The translations under genes were made by a program, and so were the position numbers. Under the pieces are notes generated by a model. That model did no database searches, was not told where the DNA came from, and was given only the letters and a program-made list of their open reading frames with translations. A stretch of 63,371 nt of DNA, filler included, from Octopus bimaculoides (lineage: Eukaryota): the NCBI RefSeq assembly GCF_001194135.2. It is 5 parts of 5 records of this genome, joined end to end, with 100 filler letters (N's around TTAATTAATTAA, not from the genome) between each part and the next. Parts side by side here need not be neighbours in the genome. Positions count along the whole stretch, not along the records: positions 35,673 to 52,785 come from NC_068989.1; positions 52,886 to 60,691 come from NC_068982.1; 3 more parts are not named here. One strand, 5' to 3'. Shown here piece after piece: positions 47,038 through 59,906 of this stretch. Position 1 is the stretch's first letter. Every line of letters starts with the position of its first letter.

Positions 47038-49807
47038 TGTTGTGTTGACGCCCCCAGACGATGAAGTAGGCTAGCCCAATACGTAGATATAGAGGGAGAA
47101 GTCTAGACATCGAAGTAGTTGAGTAGAGATCATCCAAACGCGCGATATAACAGTGGCAACAAGGATTTCATAGCTCACACAGTCACTGTGTAGTATTGCG
47201 ATATAACAGTGGCGACGAGGATTTCATAGCTCACACAACCACTGTATAGTATTGTGATATAACAGTGGCAACGAGGTTTCAAATAGTACCGAAATGGAAG
47301 AGTTACTGAAAGCAGTGGTAAAACAACAAGAGCAGCAGCAGCAGCAACTACAGAAGTTAACAGACTTGTTACTGCAGGCGAGAAATACGACAGAATCATT
47401 TTCAGCAGATGGTGTTGCAAATTCCATCGAAGAATTTCACTACAATCTGGATGAAGGAACTACTTTTGCTGCATATTACAGACAATACACATACATATTC
47501 TGAGAGGAATGCAAGGGATGGTCTAGTGAAAGGAAGGTAAGGCTCCTTTTGCGAAAGCTTGCTACTCCGGAACACAAAAGTTTTTGTAACTTTATTTTGC
47601 CAAGAAAGCCAGCGGAATTGTGTTTTGAGGAAACGATAAATATTTTTATGAATATTTTTAGTGAGAAAAGTTCGCAGTTTAACATTCGATGGGAATGTTT
47701 AAATTTAAAGAAAAGCGAGTCCAATGATTTTGTAACATATGCCGGTAAGGTTAATAAGGCTTGCTAAAGGTTTAAGCTGGAAGAATTAATGCCAGATATG
47801 TTCAAGTGCCTAATATTCATTAAAGGGCTAGTGGCAACAGAAGACGCGGAAATTAGAAAAAGAATATTATCAAAGTTGAATCAAAATATGAAACTCACTT
47901 TGCAGAAAGTGGCTGAGGAATGCCAACAAATTATAAACCTTCGAGATGATACAAGACAGATAGAAGACAAGAATAATAATGAACAAATGTGTAAAAAAAA
48001 GTACAGAAAGAAGGAAAAATTTTAATTCAAAACAGTGCTATGGTTGCGGAGATCGACATTTAAAACCTGTTTTAAGTGTGGTAAAATTGGACATATACAG
48101 ATGAAATGCTGGTCAAAGAAAATGGTAAAACAGAAGAAAGTCTACTCAACAAAAGTAAATTATACCAGACAAAACCGAAAATTTATGTGGGTAGAAATAA
48201 ATGGGTTTCAGACCAAAATGCAATTAGATACTGGTTCAGACGTATCGATAATAAATACAGCAACATGGAGTAAGATAGGCAGGCCATTGTATAAAAAAAC
48301 TACTAGGATAGCCCATGAGTTCAATTCTTAGGCAAAATTTCACCAGATATAAAACTTAAAAACAGGACGCAGAAATGTAAACTAATGGTATCTAACAATA
48401 CAATGAATCTGTTCGTGACAGATTTAATGGAAGGATTCGACCTTTGGGATCTATCACTGAATACATTATGTAACAAGGTGAATGCGTCACAGTCCATGTC
48501 AGAGAAAGCATCAGAAAAAATGAAATTAAAATTGAAAAAGATGTACCCTGATATTTATTCGAAAGAGCTCAGTATGTGTAAAAAAATTAAAGTAAAGTTT
48601 GAGTTGAAAGAAAATGCGGTACCGGTGTTCAAACTGAAAAGGAATGTACCTTTTGTGGCATTAAATCAAGTTCAGAAGGAATTAAAAAGATTGGAAGACA
48701 TGGAAGTAATTGAAAAAGTAGACTACTCTGAGTGGGCGGCTCCTACAGTATATATAAAAAAGAAAAATGAGGTAAGAGTATGTGCGGACTTCTCAACTGG
48801 TCTTAATGATTGTTTAAAAAATTACAATTATCCGCTTCCAAACCCAGAAGAAATATTTGCTAAGTGCAATGGTGGGGAAAATTTTCCAAGCTGGATTTGT
48901 CTAAGGCCTACCTCCAATTACTGGTAGATGAAGAATGTGCTAAAGTATTAACAATCAATACTCGTAAAGGTCTGTACTGTTTCAAAAGACTGCCATTTGG
49001 GGTAAAGGTCGCACCANNNNNNNNNNAATACTCGTAAAGGTCTGTACTGTTTCAAAAGACTGCCATTTGGGGTAAAGGTCGCACCAGCAATATTTCAGCA
49101 AGTGATGGATACTATGCTAGCAGATTGTGAGTTCACGGTCGCATACTTGGATGACATATTTATCAAAAGTGAATCAAGGGACCAACATATTGAACATATA
49201 GAAGAGGTTTACAAACGAATATGTGATTACGGGTTTAAAGTAAGGGAGGATAAATGTGAATTTTTCTTGACAAAGTGTATTTTAAAATATATAGTAACAG
49301 AAAATAGGACTGGGAACAAGGAAGTATAACTGGACGTCTGGGTAACGTGATGTACATGGTAAAAGGACCAAAATATGAACACAGAAGGCATATAAACCAA
49401 TTAAAAAAAAAGATATACCAAAAACCAAGAGAGGCGAGAAGAACCAATGGATTTATGATATGATTTGTTCAGGGTCCCAGAACCACAAGCACAAGCAGAA
49501 CTGACACATAGGTCGAACAGGAAGAGAAAACCTACAGAAATGATGGAAATTCACACAAAGAGAAAAAGATATGCCAGTTTCTCACCAAGGAAACAAAATT
49601 GATAAATTCGGGTTTAAAAAACCCAAAAGGGGGAGGTGTTGTGTCGACGCCCCCAGGTGATGAAGTAGGCTAGCCCAATACGTAGATATAGAGGGAGAAG
49701 TCTAGACGTCGAAGTAGTTGAGTAGAGGTCATCCGAACGTGCGATATAACAGTGGCGACAAGAATTTCGTAGCTCACACAGTCGCTGTGTAGTATTGCGA
49801 TATAACA
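47038..49807 (+). mobile_element. Mag-type Gypsy LTR retrotransposon, internally deleted (gag, protease, RT, integrase tail), 171-bp LTRs at 47038-47208 and 49637-49807, TSD TATTC
   Basis: TG...CA LTRs; tattc at 47033-47037 and 49808-49812; PBS tggcgacgaggat; PPT aaaagggggagg; QLDTGSDVS protease; RLPFGVKVAPAIFQQ and AYLDD RT motifs; RNase H and integrase core absent; stops and frameshifts. Confidence 0.95.
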
Positions 49808-49989
49808 TATTCAGATACAGTATCTAAGATTACAGGCTTCATAATGGTGGTACTACAAAACATAGAGGCTCTGTCTCATTGGCTCATGTTATAATAGTGG
49901 CATTACTAGAAAACACAAGCAGATTTTCCTGCCAACTACACTAGTTGTTGTTTAGTCTTTGGATAGAACTATAATCAAAGACATTCCTA

Positions 49990-50270
49990 GCATGACTATT
50001 CTATCCTGGGCATCAAATGTAGTGCACAACAGAGATAACTGCATTGATATGGACAGGTAATACACACAGATGAAGGCAGTTGGATAAAGAAGTTCCAGGA
50101 AATCCCTGTAAAAGGAAACAGTGGAAAGATATAGACAGAAATGGTGAAAGCTGATTTCATGATGCTGAACCTCATAAAGGAATGCAACAAGTGGCAGGGT
50201 GTTATGTTGGAGAGAACCTACCAAAATGCACACAAGGAAACATGGAGATAAAAATGATGATGGTGATGAG
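49990..50270 (+). mobile_element. Old RTE LINE 3' fragment
   Basis: LGIKCSAQQR...W.GQVIHTDEGSWIKK followed by a (gat)-like tail. Confidence 0.6.
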
Positions 50271-51619
50271 TGTAATTTGAGGGAGATTTTGCTACTATTT
50301 CTAGTAGGCCAGGTAATACCATAGATGATCCTATCTGCCCCAGGTCATGACAAGTACTTATTTTATAAACACTGAGAGTTGAACACTTTTCAGAATCAAG
50401 TTATATAGTACTATCATGGATGTATGGTTGAGAAGTTTGAGGCCAAACCATGTAATCTCAGGTTCAGTCCCACTACATGGCACCTTGAGCTAGCGGCTTC
50501 AACTATAGCCCAGGGCCACCTGAAGCCTTGGCTGAATTTGGTAGACAGAAGCTGAAAAAAGCCCATCTTTGTAAAGCTATATATGTGTATATAAGGAGTG
50601 TGTATACCTTTGCTTTGACATTTAACATAATGTGATGATTATAAACAGTATCACTGTCATACAAACAATGTTATTCATTTTCAGTCTTCTGTCAAAAATG
50701 TCTGATCACGGGGAAATATTACCTTGCTTGAAAAACAGATACTGATTGGCAACAGGAAAGGCATCTGGCCATAGAAAAGCTGCCTCATTAAATTCCAAAA
50801 GTGGATATTAAATGACAATGATAATGACTACTCTATGAAGAACATTGCCATAATCTTCAAGCAAGTACTACACAAGGATATTGAGCAAGTGATAAATGAG
50901 TGAAACAAAAGCATTGGAAGGCTCTCCCTTTTTGATTCTGAATTGGCAGGAACATCCACAGAATTTTATATCAAGACCAGAAATTTTCCCACTAAAGTTA
51001 AAGATTTGGCACCCTGCCCTCCAACCCTTTTCATATATAAACTCAGCAAGGTTAAAATGTTTGAGCCTCAAATAACACATTTTTATTCACATCCTGATGA
51101 TGATGATGATGATGATGATGATAATGTTGTTGTTGTTGGTGGTGGTGTGTGTGTACTGCTGGTGTGTGTGTGTGTACTGCTGGTGTGTGTGTGTGTGTAC
51201 TGCTGGTGTGTGTGTGTGTACTCCACTCTGCATACACATAAGCCAGTTGCAGAAATACTTCCTGTTGCTTCAAATAAACAAAGCCACTGACCCTGATGAT
51301 GTCTTTTCCTTTATGCTCAAGCACTGTATCCTCAAAACTTGCTCCTACAGTTACCAAATTCTTTAACTTTTAATTCTATCCAGAGATATACTGTCATTTG
51401 TAAGCATGCTTCACTATGTCTCATTCCAAGGAAGAAAACTCAACCATCATTTTGTTGCTCTCACCTCTAACCTATCTCTTCCATTTGATATTCTCCATGC
51501 CTTGCATTTTTCTCACTTTCTTCAGTGACCACCAATCATGGTGTTTAGTGGGGTTGCAGTGCAGTGGAATTTCCTTGATATAAGTAGTACTTTAATGTTT
51601 TTGCTGTTAACTTAACTGA

Positions 51620-51870
51620 AACAAGGTTAGAATAGCCTCACTGGTGGAATCTCTCAAGATCTCTGTTTGTGGACTGGGTACAAGTTTGGCATGTGGTGTC
51701 TGAGTTAGAGGATGCATAGCTAGGCAAAACTGAGGAGTGAAAGCTTGTGTCATCTGTATAATAATGGGAGTTGTTGGATGTGGTAGCAAATAGGCCATTG
51801 ATGTATAGAAGGAAGAGAGTTGCGCGAAATTTGAACCTTGAGGAACACCAGAGTCGATTGAAAAGTGGTT
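51620..51870 (-). mobile_element. LINE RT fragment (CR1/L2/Jockey-like); a more N-terminal piece lies on + at ~51285-51480
   Basis: DSGVPQGS, LFLLYINGL and HYYTDDTSFHSS. Confidence 0.72.
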
Positions 51871-52885
51871 TGGCCCATGCAAGCATGGAAAAGTGGATGT
51901 TAAAATGATATTGATGATGATGATGTTCAATTTAAGAAATAAAATACCAACAAAGATATCACGATTTATTAGCTAAATATTCAGACATGCACCTATATTT
52001 GTTTAGCTTTTGGTTAGCCCTGATCAAGCAAACCTATAATCAAAAGCATTCCAGTAGTGACCGACCTAACCTGTCATTTTCCTATGTGTATGTAAACCAG
52101 GATTGCATAATCTAAGGTGTTCTTTTATAAAGCAGTGGGATGTGAGTTGAAGAAGATTAGACTGCTATTTCTAGGAAATCAAGTGATGACATAGAGACTC
52201 CTCTATTGGTTCAACATGCTCTAATTATTTCAGTTGTGATATGTCGCATTGTAATTCTGAATGGCAATTGCTTAGTAGTTCACAACTGAAAACAAATTAT
52301 TGTTTAAATATAAACTGAATAATCCACCCAGATGTAACACATGAGAGGATATTAATCATTTTTTCTTTTTTTCTTCTTCTCTTTCCTCTTTTTTTTTTTG
52401 TCTCTTCGCCCATGCTTGTGTTTTTCTTCGGTTTTGGATTTGGATTTTAGTGTGGTTTTGTATTATATATGTATCATATACATATATGTTATATATATAA
52501 TTATTAGATTATCTAAATTTGCAAGACAAATAAATTAATCATGCTGCTCGTTCGATTTCTGATAATATAATTACAAATGTTTCATTGCATAAACAAATGC
52601 ACTGATACAGAACACAATCTGCTCTGTTTATGTTCTGTTTTTCATTTTGTCCACGTTTTTTTGTAACGTCCTGTACCCAGATATGCATCTATATATACAT
52701 GTAGATGTAGGTATGTACATACATGTACGTATATATGCATATACTCACATAGTATTTGTATTATATATGTATCATATACATATATNNNNNNNNNNNNNNN
52801 NNNNNNNNNNNNNNNNNNNNNNNNNNNNNTTAATTAATTAANNNNNNNNNNNNNNNNNNNNNNNNNNNNNNNNNNNNNNNNNNNN

Positions 52886-52937
<52 letters not shown>

Positions 52938-53542
52938 TGTATCTAACTATCTATCTATCTATCTATCAATCTATCTATTTATAAATTCTGTTTTATATTT
53001 TTTTGTATTTATTTATTATACTTTCCATAATTTTGCTTTACATTTTACTTCTTTGCTTTTTTTGTTTGTTAAATATGTACAATCATTTCCCTATACGTTT
53101 AAACATTAAAATATTATGATCGCTGTCAAATATCCATTCCTTCATAATATTTTTGTTTTTTCTCCTTTCTCTTCAGTTTGATTCTTCATCCTGTTTTATT
53201 TCATCGCTTTTATTGTTTTCCTGTTAATTCTGTTTTCTTTTAATTCATCATTTTTGTCATATCTCTTCTCTGTCTACTTTTTCTTCTTATGTGCCTCATG
53301 TTTTATTTTGAAATAATACAGATTCTTAAAATATTGAATTTTCTAAGCTTTTAAATATTAGAATCTGTATATATAATCCCCGCTTTGACCAAGTTTATAT
53401 ATATATGTTGTGTACATTATTATAAAATATAACTGTTGCAAGAGCGGAAACATTAATCTTAGACAGACGACGATGTTAAACTTCAATTACTAATTAGTTA
53501 AGTGCGTATTTGTGCGTGCGTGCGTGCGTGCGTTTGTGTGTG

Positions 53543-53590
<48 letters not shown>

Positions 53591-53773
53591 NNNNNNNNNN
53601 NNNNNNNNNNNNNNNNNNNNNNNNNNNNNNNNNNNNNNNNNNNNNNNNNNNNNNNNNNNNNNNNNNNNNNNNNNNNNNNNNNNNNNNNNNNNNNNNNNNN
53701 NNNNNNNNNNNNNNNNNNNNNNNNNNNNNNNNNNNNNNNNNNNNNNNNNNNNNNNNNNNNNNNNNNNNNNNNN

Positions 53774-53836
<63 letters not shown>

Positions 53837-54719
53837 TGTGCAGGCGTGGATCTGCAAGCGTAGACTTGCAAGCGTGGACCTGCAAGCGAGGACGTGTGGG
53901 CAACTAAATACTCACAGAAAGTGTTCTGATTGCCGTAGCGGATATAAGAAAACAGCTCTACTTTTTAGTAGACGTCAAGCTTGCTAACTGTGTCAAAGAT
54001 ATTCTGAGAAGAATCTTGTCTGGGTGCACATTGGTTTCCAGGATGAAGCTCACGGCGAATTTCAAAGAAACAAACCGAAGATTTTATTACACTAGCATTC
54101 GATCGTATACCTTATGCGTGAACAACCCCGTCCTTCTCAAAGCTTTAAATTAGCTTTAATCCTCGTGATGAGTCAAATGCAAAATAATTGTTGGCTATAA
54201 CACGACTCGTGAGAATAACCCAGATTGATCAGATAATCAGGTTTAGTGGACATGCGTTCTATTTGCCAATGTTATTTCAGGGTGGAATATAATCACTTTA
54301 GCAGAGTTTCTACAGTAGATTTGAATGTGACAATAGACAATATGTGAGCGAAAACCGAAACTCTAGAGTAATTTTTGTAAAATTAGATACGAGTAATACT
54401 TTGAACAGGTTTCGATGAGATTTCTCCCCTATGATACTATCTGGCAAGTCCCAAACATTTTGGCATGCTAAGTTATCCTTAAACCTTCACTCGGAAATAA
54501 CATTACACTTTCAGTAATCGGTTTTCAACAAGGGAACTCGATCGAGCCCTGATCTTTTGTTTAGGCATTAATAAAGGGGTATAAAGTGTAGAAGCGCATG
54601 TCCCTGATTCATATTTCAATGATGGCATGATGCCAATATTGACGCAACAACCACAAATGATGATGACGTATTTTCGTCTAAATCATCTCAGTACATCTAC
54701 CTCATCTATGACCAGTATT

Positions 54720-55560
54720 ACATCTTTTTAATGTCGATGTAACCAATTATTATCGTCTTCTTGGTTACATGTGAAGTAGCAATTAACCCCACTGGTTTCT
54801 TCACTTGTTTGTGTCCCAAAGGGGAAGTAGAATCACTTTTGAACAGTTCGTTCAGTATTTCACTTATCCTCAATTGATGTCCTTTGATGGAGCCGTTCAT
54901 TGTAGCTTACTGAAGCCGTTTCTCTGGTAAAGTTAAAGAAAGCTATAAAGTTTGACTTAATATATTTTTTATAACCCAGGTATCCTTGCCTGCTCTCTCT
55001 TTTTCAGGGACCTGATGCAGTATTATATCAATCTCCAACAATGTTGTTTTCAGGCGGTACTTTTCACTACTTTTGAAATGTTTGTTCTGGCGGTTTGCAA
55101 TCTTTGTCCATCGTCTCCCTATAATTTTTCTCTCCCTAGGAATTTCGTTCATATGTATATTGGCCTTGTGCTCTGGCACAGACTTTTTACATATGGCTTG
55201 CATTACAGACATGAAATATTTCAGTTTCGTGAAAATGTCTGGTGTAGAGAGACATTTAGGCCAATCCTGAATGAGGAACTCTTTATGATTCGATTTCCAC
55301 TTTGTCTTAGGAAAGTTCAGACCTGAGAGATTTCGGTTGCTTCGTATAGTTACTCTCCCAATATGAATGATATCCATTTTGTTTGTGAAGCAGAGATCCA
55401 GTATATTATCTGTCTTGGTTGGTTGGAGCACAGATTGTTTCATGAATTAGTAAGTTTGACAGGGACTCTACCTATGCTTGTTGGCAGTGTGTCGTTTTTG
55501 AGAGCATGAGACCCCCGAGCCATCTCACACTATGTATGTATAAGAATTTCTTTTTCTATT
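54720..55560 (-). mobile_element. CR1-like LINE ORF2 fragment (endonuclease end to pre-RT linker)
   Basis: QSVLQPTKTDNILDLCFTN, LNF.KTKW, RISEILNELFKS. Confidence 0.75.
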
Positions 55561-57589
55561 TGAGACACCCAGTTGCATTCGATTTGATGGTGTGATCTTG
55601 TCAAATGTGGTCATTTCATAAGACTACATAACTAAAAAAAGCAGTACATGGGTTCTAAAGAAATGTAAAACAAGTGTTCCTTAATATCATATACTGAGTA
55701 ATAAGTTTGAAATCTATCATCGAAGAAATACAAGTACAACGCTTTCTATTCGCTACGTACAGGTTACCCACGACTTATAGTAAAAAGAAAATAAATAAGA
55801 AACAAATATTTGTACGATGCGTCACACAGTGGAACCCAAACCATGTGGTTGGATGCTAAGACCTTAGCCGAAAATCTATGATTTCCTTTGATTCAACATA
55901 TTATAAACGTACCCCGTAAGGTTCACATACAAATTAAACGAATTGCATTTCATCATGTTCGACTTATATCAATCAAAATGACTCACAGTAAAATGAATGC
56001 ATATAACTTAATGTTAGTAACACGCCGGTACTTTATCATTTATTGAGGGGATTGCGTACATCTTGGAAAAATCATATTGAGATAGCAATCTAGTTTGTTT
56101 TATATATCTCATTTGAGAAACGTATGAAACATTATTTTCTGTCGCTTTATAACTGAGGTCACGTATCTTCCTATAAAATCGTTATTAGAATCCTGTTATA
56201 CGCTTTTCGCGAATGATGGAAAACACTTAAGTCATTTCGTTAATGGACAAAATAGATAAACTGACACTCTCGCACTTATATANNNNNNNNNNNNNNNNNN
56301 NNNNNNNNNNNNNNNNNNNNNNNNNNNNNNNNNNNNNNNNNNNNNNNNNNNNNNNNNNNNNNNNNNNNNNNNNNNNNNNNNNNNNNNNNNNNNNNNNNNN
56401 NNNNNNNNNNNNNNNNNNNNNNNNNNNNNNNNNNNNNNNNNNNNNNNNNNNNNNNNNNNNNNNNNNNNNNNNNNNNNNNNNNNNNNNNNNNNNNTACATA
56501 TATATACATACATATATATATAAGTATATGTATGTATATTTCTTCTCATCATTACCTCTGCAACATTAACTCTGTGTACATTCGTAACACTGAGAACACC
56601 TTGTGTTGGCTGAGTATTGAGTGGCTTATCAAAAAAAAAATGATTTCCTACATAACTGAAATATTGATTTTTGCGATATTATATGTAACCAAAAGATTTT
56701 TATATCAATTATCACTTATACCATCAATTATCCTCTATAGCTAGATGATCGACGGTTTATCATGGACCCTTTTTACTCATTAAAGTAAGCTTAAAACCAT
56801 TAGCACGCTCAAAGTCCTAACGAGATTGTAGAACTAAGAAGCCTAGAAGCCTCATCAACATTACCATTAACAGCAGCATCATTATCAAACTTTAGCCGTA
56901 AAATTTCTATTTCCAGTTATTAGCGGAGTAATTTTTATTTTATTACTAGCGATATAATTCTTATACTTCCCGTCAATATTCTATAAATTTACAGATAAAT
57001 CGTAATAAACTGTCCAAAAACGTGTGACTTTTTCATTTGCAAAAACACTCGACTTATTATTTAAGTCGTTATGATGCATCAAGTTTGTTTTTCAACCTTA
57101 TTCATTTTCTCTTAACTCTCTCGTACATTCTTTCTTTCGTTCTAATGCAATTATATTTCCGTCCTACTCATCACTTCAATGTAATTCGCTTACACCAATA
57201 CCTCTTACCCTAGCATGCTCTGGAAATGTGTATCAAAGCCAGCTTTCACATTTACAAAACAATCAATAAAGTCGAATAGCAAATTTGCAATCTGTACGAG
57301 ATTTTGAATTCCCTGAACTAATTTCTTTAATCTCTTGAGAATATTCTGATGGACAGAGTTAATAGTCATCGATTTCTGCTAATTCCAACATAGACTGCAC
57401 TATTGGAGTTGGTAATAATTTCTCACCCCTTACGCCTCACAGACGCTGAGGTACTTGCTTTCCATCGCAGAAATCAATTTATTTCAGCAGTCCAAACGAA
57501 AACAGACGTTTTATATGAGGACATGCAGATGCAAACACATGTATATACACGGCTTCTCACGCCACCTATATATATATATGTGTGTGTTT

Positions 57590-57843
57590 GTGTGTGTAGG
57601 TGTGTGTATGTATGAGTGTATGTGTGGGAGTTGTTTTCTATGTTTATATATATGTGTTCGTATATATACATAGATATATACATATATATATATGTATGGA
57701 TATATATGTGTGTATGCATATATATGTATGTGTGTGTACGTTTGTAAATGTACTAATACATATATATACGTACAAACATCTTTGTCTATTTCTATATATG
57801 TGTATCTATTTACGTATATATTTGTATATTATTCATACATACA

Positions 57844-57903
<60 letters not shown>

Positions 57904-57939
57904 ATATGCATTTATGTGTGTGTGTAGGGTATGTATATG

Positions 57940-57988
<49 letters not shown>

Positions 57989-57996
57989 ATATTTGT

Positions 57997-58039
<43 letters not shown>

Positions 58040-58452
58040 TGTGTGCAAACGTGTGTATCTGTGGCGGTGTAAGTGTGCGTATGCGATTGTGTGGGTGTGC
58101 ATTAGGATTTCCGAATTGTGTCTGCATATCCCAGGTTTTCTAATTGTTTAGAATATTTGTTCGATACCGTTAAATATAGATATTGTCCTTGATAGCATTC
58201 ACCGGATAGAATGTCAGTCTCGATGGACTGGCATTTAATTTCCTAATGTGTGCGTGTGTGTCTGTGTGTGTCTGTGTGTGTGTGTCTCTGTGTGTGTGTG
58301 TGTGCTTGTGTGTGTATGAATGCACGCATGTATGTATGTGTGTGTGAATATATATATATATATAAAGATGTATATAATCATACGTATGTATATATGTATA
58401 TATATAGATACATATATATATATATATACATATATATGTACGCATGTATGTA

Positions 58453-58506
<54 letters not shown>

Positions 58507-58720
58507 TATACATATATATGTATGTATGTATATTTTTACGTATTTATGTATGTATAATATGCAAATATATACGTAGATAGATACACACACATACAGATAG
58601 ACAAAACTGTATGTGTGTATGCATACATTTACAAACACACATACACACATATTTATATACTTTCATACAAAAATATTTGCACGCACACATATGTATACAC
58701 ACATATATAAAAACATACAC
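57590..58720. repeat. Large compound (TA)n/(TG)n/(TACA)n microsatellite field; similar fields at 3420-3650, 28300-28500, 28940-29250, 53500-53840, 59835-60690, 61465-61780, 62670-63010
   Basis: Read directly; these fields account for most low-complexity ORFs in the track. Confidence 0.95.
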
Positions 58721-59831
58721 ACTAATAAACAGACATAGAAGTAAACATATACCCCTGTCATGTATATTTGTGTGTGTAGGTACTTTGGTGAGTAGGTGTC
58801 ATGTTTTGTGATTGTGAGTTTTCCTTTTTTCCCCCCACCCCTTTTATTTTTGTATGTGTATCTGCGTCGGAAATTAGGATAGAAACGAAAGCCGTTCTTT
58901 ATGTAAATTGCAAGAGAGAATGAGAGAGGAAGATTCTCTTAGTAATTCATGTGCAAGTAATTGATATTCTCGGAGAATCGCTGTTCTGTACATTGGCCAA
59001 TGAATTTCTGTTTACTTTAGAAAAGCTATTCAAATATGCTTCCCATTAAATGTTTATAAACGAAGAGTTGGTGTACTAGTGGAGCAGAATATAACTTAAA
59101 GGTTTTGACAGAAACCTACGTAATCTGTCTGCCAAAAAACGTTGATAAAAATGATCGAATTCTATAGACATAATAGATGCTTAAAATTAGAGACAGTTCT
59201 TTTTATCAATATGTTCTCCAGTATGATTCTAGTAGCGCTTACAACGAAACATTTCATTCCTTGTGACTACTAAATTGTTGAAATTGCAAATTACAAATAC
59301 AATGTAAAGTATATAAACACATTAATGTATTTGTCTTGCAAGATTTCTAATGTGAAATCCTGTATTTAAACAGATAAAGTTATATTTGGGAACGGTAATA
59401 TTTTTTTGCAAATTAACCACATGCCCTATATACCTGTTCTTTACTTCAGGCATATTATCCTTATTTTAGTGTCCTTTGTGTAAATCTTTCTTGTGGATCA
59501 GGTATTTAGAGGCCATGGATTTGGCATAGTGGGAATGAAGGATCAGGACCTTATTATTCCTAGTTTTCAATCAGAGTTCTGTGTGTAAGAGCGGTAGTCT
59601 GAATTTAGGGTGCTTTCTAGGGTAATCTAGTATTACTTTAATACTCTGCTGGATGAAGTTAGCTATATGCTGGATGCTCTCCATAGTTCTAGCTTCGAGT
59701 TGATAGGGGTGCTTCTGCCACTATATTGATATCCACCAAGTGTTTTGGAGCTCTCTGCTAATCGTTCTTTGAGTTTCCTGTCCCTTCATACCATAAGTAG
59801 TTTAGGCACATACACACTTCCATACACACTT

Positions 59832-59906
<75 letters not shown>

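Noticed and set aside
48957-49086. 60-bp direct duplication in the Gypsy RT
   Set aside because: Identical copies flank a 10-N gap; this is an unmerged contig overlap.
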